Below, one piece after another: positions 1 to 11,668 of a DNA stretch of 64,000 nt. The DNA is from an uncultured Chloroflexia bacterium (GTDB lineage: Bacteria; Chloroflexota; Anaerolineae; JAAYZQ01): NCBI GenBank assembly GCA_963700285.1, contig CAVOXA010000010.1:1344001-1408000 (forward strand), in the 5' to 3' direction. Position 1 is the first letter of the stretch. Every line of letters begins with the position of its first letter. The translations under genes were made by a program, and so were the position numbers. The notes beneath the pieces were generated by a model. It searched no databases, had not been told where the DNA came from, and saw only the letters and a list, made by a program, of their open reading frames with translations.

Positions 1-1
1 C

Positions 2-355
2 GCCAAGTTCACCATCCGCTATGACAGCCAGACTGCCCGCTACTGGTCCATCGTGAACAAGCAGACAGAGCCGGTCGCCTATCGCAACAACCTGGTCCTG
101 GCCTCTTCCGGCGACCTGAAGAACTGGCGGGTGGAAGCGCCCCTCCTCTACCATGCGGACGTCCAGGTACACGCCTGGCAGTATGTGGACTGGCAGTTTG
201 ATGGCGATGATATGGTCTTTGTCAGCCGTACTGCCTTTGACGACGGCCTGGGCGGCGCCCGGAGCGCCCACGATGCCAATTATCTCACGTACCACCGGAT
301 TATCGATTTCCGGCGTTTTTCCGGCCCGGACAAGCTCCCGCCCGGGCTCCAGTGA
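2..355 (+). CDS. Sialidase-like/BNR beta-propeller glycosidase, C-terminal part (5' truncated by window)
   Basis: ORF contains Asp-box-like SSGDLKNW, plus QYVDWQFDGDD and AHDANYLTYHR, typical of exo-alpha-sialidase-family proteins; frame open from window start. Confidence 0.6.
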   Translation, partial: AKFTIRYDSQTARYWSIVNKQTEPVAYRNNLVLASSGDLKNWRVEAPLLYHADVQVHAWQYVDWQFDGDDMVFVSRTAFDDGLGGARSAHDANYLTYHRIIDFRRFSGPDKLPPGLQ

Positions 356-506
356 GACAAGCCCAGATCGCACTATCAGCCGCCAGGCTGTAGGTGCGGG
401 AGCGGAAAGGAGGGACAAAAGAGAGCAAAGAAACACGCTTTTCGCCGAACCAATGGTTGTGGTAATTCTGAGAGCAAAACCATTCTGAAGAGAAGGAGAG
501 GAAGAA

Positions 507-3268
507 ATGAGCAAGAGTATGACCTGGCGTTTTCTATGCGCTGCTGATCGTCCTGGCCGTGCTGGTCACCGCCTGCGGTGGCGCTGCCGAGCCGGCAAGA
601 GCCCGCTGCCCCCGAGGCCGGTGAGGCCACCCAGGCCCCCGAAGCGGCCGCACCGACCGAAGAGCCCGAGGCTGAGCCTTCGGGCGAGGTGCAGGACTTT
701 GTGACCTGGTACCAGTTCGACCAGGACAACGAGGACCCGGCCAACGACGAGGCGGTGGGCAACGCCTACCTGCGGGACACGATCCCCCAGTTCAACGAGG
801 CCTATGACGGCAAGTGGAACTGGGTCAACGTCCCCAAGGCCTGGGACAAGATGCCAGCCGAGCTGGTGGCCGCCGTCATGGCGGGCGGCGACGTCCCCGA
901 CCTTATGCAGGCGGCGACGCGAGACATGCTGAACCTCGTGCGCAATGGCGACCCTGCAGGACCTGACCGATTGGGCGCAGGCCCAGGACTGGTACGCCGA
1001 CATGGACCCCAACGCCCTCAAGGCCTGCCGGGTCAGGACGGCCGGCTGTACTGCATCCCCATCGCCGAGATCCCCTACGTCACCTTTGTCTGGGCCGACC
1101 TCTTCCCCAACGGCTATCCCACGACGCCCGAAGAGTTCCTGGCCGAGGCCGAGCGGCTGAAAGCCGAAGGGCATCAACATCTGGACCTACTTTGGCTCCA
1201 CCGACTTTGACGGCGACGGCGCCGATCCGCGCCACCTGGACGACCATCTCTGGCTTTGGCGGGACCTACGACGACGGCCAGGGCAACATGCTGCTCAACA
1301 CGCCGGAGAACGTCGCCGCCATCGAGTTCCTGCGCAAGGCTGGCCGTCAAGGAGTATGTGCACCGAGGTCTCCTTTGCCGGCGGCTTCCAGGAGGAAGAG
1401 GCCTTCAAGGACGCTTCGGCGGCCTCCATCCCCACCGGTCTCTTTGGCTACCGCTACATCCGGCCCCTCACGGCGCCCAACGGCAACAAGTACACCAAGG
1501 AGACCGAAGAGGACATGCTGGACGCCATCGAGGCCGGCGACGTCATCCTGGCGCCCTTTGTCGCGCCCGAGGGCAACATGCCCGGCTGCGGCCTGGCGTG
1601 TCGGCGCTGGTCATGCCCAACGGGCGCCAAGAACCTCGAGGCCGCCTACGACTATATCAACTGGCTCATGACCGACCCCGAGCAGAACGCCGACTGGGTG
1701 ATACGGGCTGGCGGCCGGCTATCCCCGCGCTCAGGACGACCTTCGAGCAGCCCGACTTCCAGACCAAGTTCTACCAGCAGGCCAAGGGCGTGGTCGGAAG
1801 CCAGCGCTTGCCGCCCATGGCTAGGGCAGCGCTGACGCGCCGGACGAGGCCAGGCCGCTGATCATGAACGCCGTCTACAAGCTGGTCAAGGAGGACCCGA
1901 CAGCCGACATCGCCACCGAACTGCAGAAGGCTCCGGACGAGTACAATGGCGGCGTGCAGCCGGCCCCGGCCCCAGAACCAACCGCGGTCGAGCCAGCGGG
2001 CGAGGTACAGGACTTTGTGACCTGGTACCAGTTCGACCAGGAGAACGAGGACCCGGCCAACGACGAGGCCGTGGGCAACGCCTACCTGCGGGATACCATG
2101 CCCCAGTTCAACGAGGCCTTTGCCGGCAAGTGGAACTGGGTCAACGTGCCCAAGGCCTGGGAACAAGATGCCTGCCGAGCTGGCGGCGGCCGTGATGGCC
2201 GGCGGCGACGTGCCCGACCTGATGCAGGGCAGCGACTCGAACATGCAGGCCCTGTACGACAACGGCGTCCTGGAAGACTTGAGCGAGTGGGCGCAGGCGC
2301 AGAGCTGGTACGCCGACATGGACCCCAACGCCCTCAAGGCCTGCACCATCGACGGCGGGCTGTACTGCCTCCCCATCGCCGAGGTGCCCTATGTCACCTT
2401 TGTCTGGAACGACCTCTTCCCCAACGGCTATCCCACGACGCCGGAGGAGTTTGAGGCCGAGGCCGAGCGGCTGAAGGCCGAAGGCATCAACATCTGGACC
2501 TACTTTGGCTCCACCGACTTTGACGGCGCCGGCGCCATCCGCGCCACCTGGACGACCATCGCCGGCTTTGGCGGCGCCTACGACGACGGCCAGGGCAACA
2601 TGAAGCTCAACACGCCGGAGAACATCGCCGCTATCGAGTTCCTGCGCAAGGCGGCCCAGGAAGGCTGGACGACCGAGGTCTCCTTTGCCGGCGGCTTCCA
2701 GGAGGAAGAGGCCTTCAAGGACGCTTCGGCGGCCTCGATTCCCACCGGGCTCTTTGGCTACCGCTACATCCGCCCCCTCAAGGCGCCCAACGGCAACGAG
2801 TATACCACCGAGACCGAAGCAGGACATGCTGGACGCCATCGAGGCCGGCGACGTCTCGCTGGCGCCCTTTATCGGCGCCAATGGCAACAAGCCGGGCTGC
2901 GGTCTGGCCGTCTCGGCACTGATCATGCCCGTGGGGGCCAAGAACCCCGAGGGCGCCTACGACTATATCAACTGGCTGATGACGGAGCCCGAGCAGAACG
3001 CCGACTGGGTCATCCGCGCTGCGGCCGGCATCCCGTCGCTGACAACGACCTTTGACCAGCCCGAGTTCGCTTCCAACTTCTACCAGCAGGCCAAGGGTGT
3101 GGTTGAGGCCAGCGCCTGCCGCCCGTGGCAGGGCTCGCTGGCGCGCACGGAAGAGGCCCGGCCTCTCATCATGAACGCCATCTACAAGCTGGTCAAGGAA
3201 GATCCAGACGGCCGACATCGCCGAGGTACTGCAACAGGCTGCCGGACGAGTACAACGCCGGCAACTAG
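507..3268 (+). CDS. Carbohydrate ABC (CUT1) solute-binding lipoprotein with two tandem SBP domains (several apparent frameshifts)
   Basis: RBS and ATG at 507; lipobox LVTACGG; Ala/Pro/Glu linker; module VQDFVTWYQFDQ...DEYN occurs twice (~689-1950, ~2005-3268), joined in frame by GGVQPAPAPEPTAVEPAG; TAG at 3266-3268. Confidence 0.85.
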
Positions 3269-3276
3269 GACAAGAA

Positions 3277-3388
3277 ACCTGTCATTGCGAGCGAAGGCGC
3301 CTTTTGCCGGAGCGAAGCAATCCCCAACTGCTCAAGAGGAGACTGCTTCGTCGCTCGCAAACTGCGCTCGCTCCTCGCAGTGACAGGT
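3277..3388. repeat. Palindromic REP/MITE-like element (TGTCATTGCGAG family), copy 1
   Basis: Terminal IR acctgtcattgcgag / ctcgcagtgacaggt (1 mismatch); inner IR cgaagcaatc / gactgcttcg; homologous copy at 16567-16676. Confidence 0.8.
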
Positions 3389-3409
3389 ACCCTACTGTAA
3401 TACACAACG

Positions 3410-3438
3410 GGGTGACGCGGCAGCTAGCCGCGTCACCC
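3410..3438 (+). terminator. Stem-loop after the SBP gene (terminator or mRNA-stabilising hairpin)
   Basis: Perfect 12-bp stem gggtgacgcggc-agcta-gccgcgtcaccc; no U tract. Confidence 0.5.
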
Positions 3439-3563
3439 TGCCAATCATCTTAGCAGGCGCGTTGTTGAGCCTATAGAGCACCAGAGGGGAGCACCTGCCC
3501 CTGGTACGCTCAGGACGATCTGGCAACCGCCCTGCCCGTTCTTAGAAAGGCTGGGAGGCCCGC

Positions 3564-4507
3564 ATGCTCCAGGCCTGGAGACGGCGTAGAAAAGAGAGCC
3601 GCACCGACAAGTGGCTGCCCTTTTGGTTGATCGCGCCCACCATCATCGTCCTGCTCATCGTCCAGGTCTATCCCGCCATCTATACCGTTTGGCTGAGCAC
3701 CCACGACCGGACGCCGCAGGGCTGGGTGCCGGTGGGCTGGAAAACTATGAGCGGATCCTGGGCACCAGCCTCTTCCGCGAGGCGGTGGGCCACACGGTCG
3801 TCTTTCTCGTTGGCTATGTGGTCGTCACCCTGACCCTTGGCTTTTTCATCGCCTCGATCCTGAACCGCAAGCTGCTCCTGTCCGGCTTTTACCTGACCCT
3901 GCTCTTTATCCCCTGGATCCTGGCCGACATCCTGGCCGGCATCGTCTTTCGCCTGCTGGTCGCGCCCGACTATGGGGTGCTGTCGGGTATCCTGCAGAAC
4001 CCCAACATCTTTCCGCCCAAGGGTCTGTCGATCCTGACGGCGGCAAGGCCCAGTCCCTTGTTCGGCGAGTTCCCCTTTCCACCGTCGCCGGCCATGATCT
4101 ACCTCATCCTGGCCGCGGCCTGGCGCGCCCTGCCCTTTATCACCCTGCTGCTCCTGGCCTCCCTGCAGACCATCCCCAGCGAGGTGATCGAAAGCGGCCG
4201 CATCGACGGCGCCAACAGTTGGAAGATCGTCCGCCATATCACCATTCCCCTGATCCTGCCCACCCTGGTCGTGGCCCTGTTTAGCCTCATCCTGGGCGGC
4301 ATGAATGGCGTGGGCATGGTCTTTAGTCTGACCGGCGGCGGCCCGGGCACCACGACCCACGTGCTGAGCTACCACCTCTATACCCTGGGCTGGACCCGGC
4401 TCCAGTTCGGCCAGGCAGCGGCCCTGGCCCTGATGATCGCCGTCGTCAACTGGCTGCTCATCGGCGGGACGATGCGCATCACCCGCGTGGACGAAAGGAC
4501 GGCCTAG
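3564..4507 (+). CDS. Carbohydrate ABC permease, MalF-like (one frameshift near 3740)
   Basis: Hydrophobic helices; EAA loop ESGRIDGANSW; LTGGGPG motif. Confidence 0.9.
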
Positions 4508-4508
4508 C

Positions 4509-5446
4509 ATGGCCAAACTACGTCCTCCGTCGCGCAAGACCTGGGACAGTTGGCTGACCAATGGCATCATGATCGCCATCGTTGCGGTCGTCCTGGCGCC
4601 CATCGCCTTGACTCTGATCATCTCCTTCAAAGACCAGCAGGACACCATCCGCAAGCCACCGGTGCTCTTTCCCTGCGACACCGAAACCGATGGCTTTGAT
4701 TTGGGCGCCTGCCGCTGGGCCGTGGAGGGCTATGAGCGGGTGCTGGCCCCCAAACCATCTGAGAGTCGCTGCTGGGCTTTACGCTGACGGGCAAGATGTT
4801 CCGCATCTACGTCCCCAACACGCTGCTCTACGCCTCGGTCACGGCCATCGGGGTCACGGTCCTGGCCGGCATGTCGGGCTTTGCCTTCTCCCGCTATCGC
4901 TTCCCGGGACGGGGCCTGCTGCTGGCCGCCATCCTGGCCATCACCGGCGTGCCCCTGCTGACCAATATCCTGGCCCTCTACCAGATGGGCGTCGTCCTGC
5001 GCAAGTCGCCCTTCCCCTTCAACGACCGGGTCTTTCTCATCGTCGTCTACCTGGGCTTCTTTTTGCCGTTGAGCGTCTGGATCGCCAAGGGCTTTTTCGA
5101 TACCATCCCCCGCGACCTGGAAGAAGCGGCCCTCATCGACGGCGCCTCGGCGCTGGGCGCGCTGCGCCACGTCACCATGCCCGCCGCCCTGCCTGGCCTG
5201 GCCGCCATCTTCCTGTTGACCTTTGTCAACGTCTGGAACGAGTTCCTGGCCGGCTACCTGCTCGTCTCCAAAAACGAACTCAAACCGGTCATGTTTGGCC
5301 TCTATGAATTCCTGGGGGCCAATATCATCAACCTGCAGGTCGTCGCCGCCGCCTGTGTACTGATCGCCCTGCCCATGGTCGTCGTCTTTTTGGTTGCGCG
5401 GCGATCCTTCTTCACGGCCATGGTCGAAGGCGCGGTCAAGGGCTAG
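4509..5446 (+). CDS. Carbohydrate ABC permease, MalG-like (frameshift near 4765)
   Basis: EEAALIDGAS EAA motif; WNEF; C-terminal GAVKG. Confidence 0.9.
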
Positions 5447-5499
5447 AGGCGGAAGTTCGCTGTAGGGGTGGGGATGCAGTGTAGGGACGAATATGTAAT

Positions 5500-5526
5500 G
5501 TAGGGGCGGGGTCACCCCGCCCCTAC
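5500..5526. repeat. GTAG-type REP palindrome
   Basis: gtaggggcgggg-tca-ccccgcccctac perfect 12-bp stem; further gtagg half-sites at 5462, 5481, 5531. Confidence 0.7.
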
Positions 5527-5544
5527 TGACGTAGGCAGAGAACC

Positions 5545-7081
5545 ATGGAAGATGCCATCCTGGGCCTGGATATCGGGACGACTTCTACCAAGGCCGTGCT
5601 GTTCGCCGTAGATGGTGCTGAGCTGGCGACAGCGGAACGGACCTACCCGCTGCACACACCCCAGGCCGGCTGGGTGGAACAGGACCCGGAGGAGCTGTGG
5701 CAGGCGCTGATCCACGTCCTGCGGACCATAGGTTCTGAGGCGGGGCAGCAGTGGCGCATCCTGGCCCTGGCCCTGGCCGCCCAGAGCGGTTCCCTGCTCC
5801 CCGCCAATCAGGACGGGATGCCGGTCTATCCCATCATCACCTGGCTGGACGGCCGCACCGAGGCGCTGGTCAAAAGGTGGCGGGCCGCGGGAGTTCAGGA
5901 GCAGGTCCGGCCCATCAGCGGCTGGCACCTTTATCCCGGCCTGTGCCTGCCGACCATTGCCTGGCTGCGCCAGCATCGGCCAGACGTCTTTGCCGCCGCC
6001 GGGCGCTATTTCTCGGTCAACGATTATCTGGTCCACCGTCTGACGGGCCGATTCTGTACCAACCCCTCCAACGGGGGCGGCATGCAGTTGGAGGACGTCG
6101 CCACAGGCGCTTGGAGCCCGGAACTGTGCGCCCTGGCCGGCATCGAGCCGGACCGGCTCTCGCCCATTCAGCCAGCCGGCGCCATCGTGGGAAGCATCAC
6201 CCCGGAGGTGTGCCGCCTGACCGGCTTGCCATCCGAGACGGTGGTGGTCAACGGCGGGCACGACCAGGGCTGCACGGCCCTGGGCTTGGGGGTGACCTCG
6301 CCGGGCAAGATCCTATTGGGTTGCGGTACGGCCTGGGTCATTACCGGCGTGGTGGAAGCACCCGATGTAAGCGCGCTGCCCGACAGCCTGGACATGAACT
6401 TCCTGCCTACGCCGCAGCAGGCTTCACGGCGCTGGACGGTATCGCAGTCGCTGGGTGGGTTGGGCGCCTCGCTGGAGTGGCTGCTGCGCCAATGGTGGCA
6501 GGGCGCTGATGCGGGTTCAAGCGGGCAGGCCCTGCTCGAGACAGCGCGGAAGGAGGCCTACGCCGCACTGGACAGCGAGCTGACAGGCGACCCGGCCCGG
6601 AGGGGATGGCCTCTTTTTTCGGCCCTTGACCGGAGGGCACAGCGCGCCCGCCGGCGAGCAGCGGGGCGCTGTCCTGGGCCTGCGGCTGGACCACAGCCGG
6701 GCCGATGTGGCCCGTGCCCTCATGGAGGGGGCGGGCTATGAGCTGCGCTGGGCGCTGGGTGCCATCCGGCGCGCCGGGATGCCCATCCAGCAGATGTGGA
6801 TGATGGGCGGCGCGGCGCGGAGCTCGCTGTGGCCCATCATCCTGGCCGATGTCACCGGTGTGCCGCTGGCCCTGCCCCAGTACGAACACTGGCCGGCGAT
6901 GGGCGCGGCCATCCTGGCCGGCTTGGGCACCGGCGCCTTTGAGTCACTGGCCGCGGCGCAAGCGCGCTTTCAGAGACCGGCGCGCCAGGTCGAACCGGAT
7001 CCGGAAACGATGCCGATCTATGATGAATGCTTTGCCATCTATCAGCAGTTGGGTGACCACGCGGGCCTGTCGTTGAGATGA
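5545..7081 (+). CDS. FGGY-family carbohydrate kinase, xylulokinase-like (frameshift near 6590-6630)
   Basis: LGLDIGTTSTKA, EQDPEELW, GGHDQ, GGAARS motifs. Confidence 0.9.
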
Positions 7082-7148
7082 ACCTCGACCGGCCCATGGC
7101 GATAGGGTGATTCAATCGAATGTCAGGTGGCGAATTGAGAAAGCCCTT

Positions 7149-7769
7149 ATGAACGACGCTGCCAGCCAAGGAGCCCAGGTACTTTTCGAAACCGAGCGGC
7201 TAACGCTGCGCCGGTTTGCCGAGGATGATGCCGGCAACCTGTACGAGCTGGATAGCGATCCGGACGTCATGCGCTACCTCAGCGGGGGCGCAGCCACCCC
7301 TCTCGAGGTGATCGAGACGGACATCCTGCCCCGGTTCCTGCGCTACGATGAGCGCTTTCCCGGGTTTGGCTTCTGGGCGGCTATCGACAGGGTCAGCGGA
7401 GTCTTTCTGGGTTGGTTCAGCTTCCGGCCAAGGGACGAGGCCGGCCCCCGCGAGGTCGGGCTTGGCTTCCGACTGCGCAAGGCCGCCTGGGGCAAAGGCT
7501 ATGCCACCGAGGGTACGCGGGCGCTGATCCGCCTGGGCTTTGCCGAGCTGGGTGTGGAGCGCGTGGTCGCCACCACGTACGAGGACAACCTGGCTTCCCG
7601 CCGGGTCATGGAGAAGGCGGGCATGACCCTGACGCGCCGGTTCCGCATGACCACCGCCGACCTTGAGAACGTCGACACCTACCAGTCCGGTGCCCAAGAG
7701 CCATGGGATGGGGACGATGTTGAATACTCGCTCCTGAAGAGCAACTGGAACCAGCGAGAGAGGGAATGA
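7149..7769 (+). CDS. GNAT N-acetyltransferase (RimJ/RimL-like)
   Basis: ETERLTLR, WGKGYATE, NLASRRVMEKAGM. Confidence 0.9.
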   Translation: MNDAASQGAQVLFETERLTLRRFAEDDAGNLYELDSDPDVMRYLSGGAATPLEVIETDILPRFLRYDERFPGFGFWAAIDRVSGVFLGWFSFRPRDEAGPREVGLGFRLRKAAWGKGYATEGTRALIRLGFAELGVERVVATTYEDNLASRRVMEKAGMTLTRRFRMTTADLENVDTYQSGAQEPWDGDDVEYSLLKSNWNQRERE

Positions 7770-7770
7770 G

Positions 7771-8769
7771 ATGACCAGACCCGTCGTGGCCGTAACCATC
7801 GGCCAGAAACACTACCCGCGCATGATGAGCCAGGCCGCCTGGGACTCCCTGGCCGCCTTTGCCGAGGTCGTCCATCACCCCGGCCAGGAGGCGGCTGACA
7901 AGGACGACCTGCTGGCCCTACTGCCGGCCGCAGACGGCTGCCTCACCAGTTGGGAAGTGGCCCGGCTGGACGCCGATGTGCTGGCCGCCGCGCCCCGGCT
8001 GCGGGCCATGGCCCACATGGGCAGCAGCGTCGGGCGCTTTGTGTCCGACGCCCTCTGGGAGCGGGGCATCCAGGTCACCTCCGCCGGCCCGGCGCTGGCC
8101 CTCGACGTGGCCGAAACCACCCTGGGCCTGATGATCGTGGGCATGAAGCGTATCTGGCCCCTGGGCCAGCACGTGCGCCACGGCGGCTGGCGCGAGAGCG
8201 CCTACTGGCCCTCGCGGGAGCTGCACGGCAAGACGGTGGGCATCGTCGGCGCCAGCCAGGTGGGCCGGCACGTCATCGAGCTGCTGCGCCCCTTTGGCGT
8301 GCGGGTGCTGCTCTACGACCCCTATGTCACCGAGGAGGAAGCCGGGCAACTGGCCGCGGAAAAGGTCGAGATGGATGAGCTGGCCAGCCGCGCCGACGTC
8401 GTCTCGCTGCACGCACCGGGCAAACCCGAAACCCACCACCTGTTGAGCGCGGAGCGCCTGGCATTGATGAAAGATGACGCGCTGCTCATCAACACGGCCC
8501 GCGGCACGCTTATCGATGAGACGGCCCTGGTCGAAGAACTGGCCAAGGGGCGCTTTTTCGCCTTCCTGGATGTGACCGATCCCGAACCCCCGGCTGCCGA
8601 TAGCCCGCTGCGCCAATTGGACAACGTGGTCGTCACCCCCCACCTGGCGGGCTGCATCGAGGACTGCGGCCGCATGGGTGAGATGGCCGTCGAGGAACTG
8701 CGCCGCTTTTTCGCCGGCGAACCGCCCCTGTACCGGGTAGCGCCCGATATGATGGCCAGGATTGCCTGA
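7771..8769 (+). CDS. D-isomer-specific 2-hydroxyacid dehydrogenase
   Basis: GIVGASQVG, INTARG, LDVTDPEP, TPHLAG; catalytic R/E/H intact. Confidence 0.9.
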   Translation: MTRPVVAVTIGQKHYPRMMSQAAWDSLAAFAEVVHHPGQEAADKDDLLALLPAADGCLTSWEVARLDADVLAAAPRLRAMAHMGSSVGRFVSDALWERGIQVTSAGPALALDVAETTLGLMIVGMKRIWPLGQHVRHGGWRESAYWPSRELHGKTVGIVGASQVGRHVIELLRPFGVRVLLYDPYVTEEEAGQLAAEKVEMDELASRADVVSLHAPGKPETHHLLSAERLALMKDDALLINTARGTLIDETALVEELAKGRFFAFLDVTDPEPPAADSPLRQLDNVVVTPHLAGCIEDCGRMGEMAVEELRRFFAGEPPLYRVAPDMMARIA

Positions 8770-8775
8770 GGCGCG

Positions 8776-10581
8776 ATGATTATGTCGCTCCCACCGCCCG
8801 GTACCCTATGCCTGCTGCGTGGTGAACCCAATCCCAACGGCACAGAGCAGGCCCAGCTTTTCCTGCTCGCCGGAGACCCCACGGCCGCTCCCGTGCGCCA
8901 CATCGTCCCGGCTGAGGGGCTGACTCTGCCCCCGGCCCCGGTGGGCCTGGCCGAGCATCCTTTTCGCCTCTGCCTGCTGCACTGCAACGACCTGCACGGC
9001 CACGTCTCGCGTATCACCACCCACGGCGACCGGCCCATCTTTTTCCACGCGGTTTTTTCGCGCATGGTCTGGCGCCTGCGCGAACTGCGACGGCGCTTCC
9101 GCGACGACCCTAACGCGGCCGTGCTCTTTTTGTCGGCCGGGGATGACCTGATGGGCGTTGTCCTTGGCGAGTTGCTGGGCGACGACCCCGAGTCCTACGT
9201 TGTCCACGCGGGCTATCACCTCTACTCGGCCGCCGGTCTGGACGCCGGAGCGCTGGGCAACCACGAGCTGGATGTGGACCTGACCCTGTTGGCCCACGCA
9301 CTGCGGACAGACGCGCATTTTCCCATGCTCTCGGCGAACCTGAGCGGCTGTCGCCAGCTCGCTGGCGTGGTCTATCCTGCCGCCATCCTGGTGGTCAAGG
9401 GTCTGCGGATCGGCATCGTCGGCCTGACCACGCGCGGCCAGGTCAAGCAGCCCAGCAGCGCCAGCCTGTGTATGGCCGATCCCTTGCAGGTGGCCCACAA
9501 CCTGATACCGGCCCTGCGCCCCCTGTGCGACGTTCTGATCGTGCTGAGCCATTTGGGCCACAGCTTGGCTGACAGCACGGCGACCGTCCTCGACGCGGGC
9601 GACATGGAGCTGGCCAAGAGCCTGCCCCCGGGCAGCCTGGACCTCATTGTCGGCGGACACACGCACGACGCCCTGAACGAGAACGGCCTGAGCATCGCCA
9701 ATATTGTGAATGGCGTGCCCATCGTCCAGGCAGGCGCGCTGGGCCGCTTCTTGGGTCAAGTGGACATGAATATTGGGCGGAGTGTCACCGTCACCGACGC
9801 CCAGCTTTCCCTCGTGGACGATCTCCCGGTGGACGAGGACTTTGAGCACCAGTCGGTGCAGCCGCTCCTGGCCCAGGTACGCCCTCTGTTTGCCCGCAGC
9901 CTGGGGAAGGTGGCCGATCACCCTGACCTGAGCACAGGCGCGGTGCGCAACACCTTTGCCTCCCGCGAGTCGGCCCTGGCCAACTTTGTCACCGACGCCA
10001 TCGTCGCCCGCTGCCGCTCGGCAGGCCACGCGGTCAGCCTGGCGGCCATCGATGCCTCGTGCGTGTACAGGGGGCTGCCGGCGGGCGGCCAGCTCACCTT
10101 CGGCGATTGGTTCGACCTGATGCCCTACGCCGACACCATCCGCCTGCTCCCGATCACGGGCAAGCACCTGCAGGCGCTGCTGGATGACAATGCGCGGCGC
10201 GCCGACCGTCCGGGAGAGCCGCATACCGAACGGGGCTTTCTCCAATTCAGCCAGCAGGTACGCTATACCATCGAGTTGGGAGAGAGCCGGAGCCAGGCCC
10301 GGGCGACCAGCGTCACGCTGGATGGCCTCTCCCTTGAGGGGCAGCTAGATCGAAGGTTCTTGTTCGCTTGCACCAGCTTCTGTCGCGAGGCTGCCCTGTC
10401 CTGGGAGCGGTATGCTTGTCGGAATCTGCATATGCCCATCACCGCTTTGGCGGTGGATCCGCCCATTGAGACCGAACTGCTGGTACGCGACGAGATGATC
10501 GCTTTTCTTCAGCAGCACGGCGGCGTCACAAAAGAGGCCGGCGTGCGGCGGGATGGACGCTTGACAGTACTGGAATCTTGA
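8776..10581 (+). CDS. Metallophosphatase/5'-nucleotidase (UshA/CpdB family), no signal peptide
   Basis: NDLHG, AGD, GNHE, LSHLG, GGHTH motifs; 5'-nucleotidase C-terminal domain (RESALANFVTDAI). Confidence 0.85.
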   Translation: MIMSLPPPGTLCLLRGEPNPNGTEQAQLFLLAGDPTAAPVRHIVPAEGLTLPPAPVGLAEHPFRLCLLHCNDLHGHVSRITTHGDRPIFFHAVFSRMVWRLRELRRRFRDDPNAAVLFLSAGDDLMGVVLGELLGDDPESYVVHAGYHLYSAAGLDAGALGNHELDVDLTLLAHALRTDAHFPMLSANLSGCRQLAGVVYPAAILVVKGLRIGIVGLTTRGQVKQPSSASLCMADPLQVAHNLIPALRPLCDVLIVLSHLGHSLADSTATVLDAGDMELAKSLPPGSLDLIVGGHTHDALNENGLSIANIVNGVPIVQAGALGRFLGQVDMNIGRSVTVTDAQLSLVDDLPVDEDFEHQSVQPLLAQVRPLFARSLGKVADHPDLSTGAVRNTFASRESALANFVTDAIVARCRSAGHAVSLAAIDASCVYRGLPAGGQLTFGDWFDLMPYADTIRLLPITGKHLQALLDDNARRADRPGEPHTERGFLQFSQQVRYTIELGESRSQARATSVTLDGLSLEGQLDRRFLFACTSFCREAALSWERYACRNLHMPITALAVDPPIETELLVRDEMIAFLQQHGGVTKEAGVRRDGRLTVLES

Positions 10582-10588
10582 GGCGCGC

Positions 10589-10685
10589 AACCTCCCGCAG
10601 GTTTTCCCTGGTCGGACACCTGCCCCAAGGCCGGTTCAGTCCAATTCTTCCGGAACGGCCGTCGCTGACAAACCTGCGGGAGGTT
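10589..10685. repeat. REP-like element with 16-bp perfect terminal inverted repeats
   Basis: aacctcccgcaggttt (10589-10604) / aaacctgcgggaggtt (10670-10685). Confidence 0.7.
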
Positions 10686-10745
10686 AAGCCCTGAAGAACC
10701 AGAGCATCTACGTTTGACCATATCAGATCAACGAGAGAGAGGCAT

Positions 10746-11525
10746 ATGACAGTAGAACGCAGAATGAATCGGATTTTCAGGGACGGCCGGGCATTGATCG
10801 TGGCCATGGACCACGGCTTGTTGGACGGCCCCTGCAAGGGCTTGGAGGACCCTGGTCAGACGATAGCCAAGGTCATTGAAGGCGGCGCTGACGCCATCCT
10901 CACCTCCTACGGCGTGGCCCGGCGCTTTGCCCGCGAGCTGGCGCCCATCGGCCTCATCCTGAGGGTCGACGGCGGCGGCACCAGCCTGGGTACAGGTGGT
11001 GGGCCGGGGGCCTTATTCTATGGCGTGGAGGATGCCCTGCGCCTGGGCGCGGATGCCGTGGGCGTCACCGCTTTCCCCGGCGCCGCCGAAGAGATGGAGA
11101 CGCTGGAAACCCTGGCCTCCGTCATCGGCAAGGCCCATGCCTGGGGCCTGCCGGTCATGGCCGAGATGGTCCCCGGCGGCTTTGACAGCGCGCCCGAGTA
11201 CCGCACCCAGGCCAGCATCGCCCTCTCGTCGCGGGTGGCGGCTGAGTTGGGCGCCGATTTCGTCAAGACGCCCTATACGAGCGGCTTTGAGGGTGTCACC
11301 GGCACCTGCTACGTGCCGGTGGTGATCCTGGGGGGAGCCAAGCGCGGCAGCGAGCGCGACATGCTGGTAGACATCAAGGCAGCCGTGGATGCGGGTGGCG
11401 CTGGCGTGGCCATCGGTCGCAACATCTTTCAGGCTGAGGATCCCGCGGCCATGGCCGCCGCAGTGGCCTCCATCCTGCACGACGGCGCCTCGGTGGACCA
11501 AGCGATGGGCATTCTTGGTGGGTAG
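10746..11525 (+). CDS. Class I aldolase, DhnA/FbaB/LsrF family (copy 1)
   Basis: VAMDHG; ELGADFVKT Schiff-base Lys; GRNIFQ. Confidence 0.9.
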   Translation: MTVERRMNRIFRDGRALIVAMDHGLLDGPCKGLEDPGQTIAKVIEGGADAILTSYGVARRFARELAPIGLILRVDGGGTSLGTGGGPGALFYGVEDALRLGADAVGVTAFPGAAEEMETLETLASVIGKAHAWGLPVMAEMVPGGFDSAPEYRTQASIALSSRVAAELGADFVKTPYTSGFEGVTGTCYVPVVILGGAKRGSERDMLVDIKAAVDAGGAGVAIGRNIFQAEDPAAMAAAVASILHDGASVDQAMGILGG

Positions 11526-11618
11526 TGAGATTCACGGTCTTTTGCTTTGGCTCACGCTACAAGTTTCGGGACTCCCTGTTGCTGCCATGTAGACAAACTG
11601 GTATATGGCTAGAGCCCC

Positions 11619-11645
11619 GCTCGTGCTGGACAACAGTCCAGCACA
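11619..11645. repeat. Solo copy of the hairpin unit of the 50-bp array
   Basis: gctcgtgctggacaacagtccagcaca differs from the array unit by one loop base; lies about 14 nt upstream of RBS ggagg (11660). Confidence 0.85.
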
Positions 11646-11668
11646 TGGACACAGAAATCGGAGGCAAC

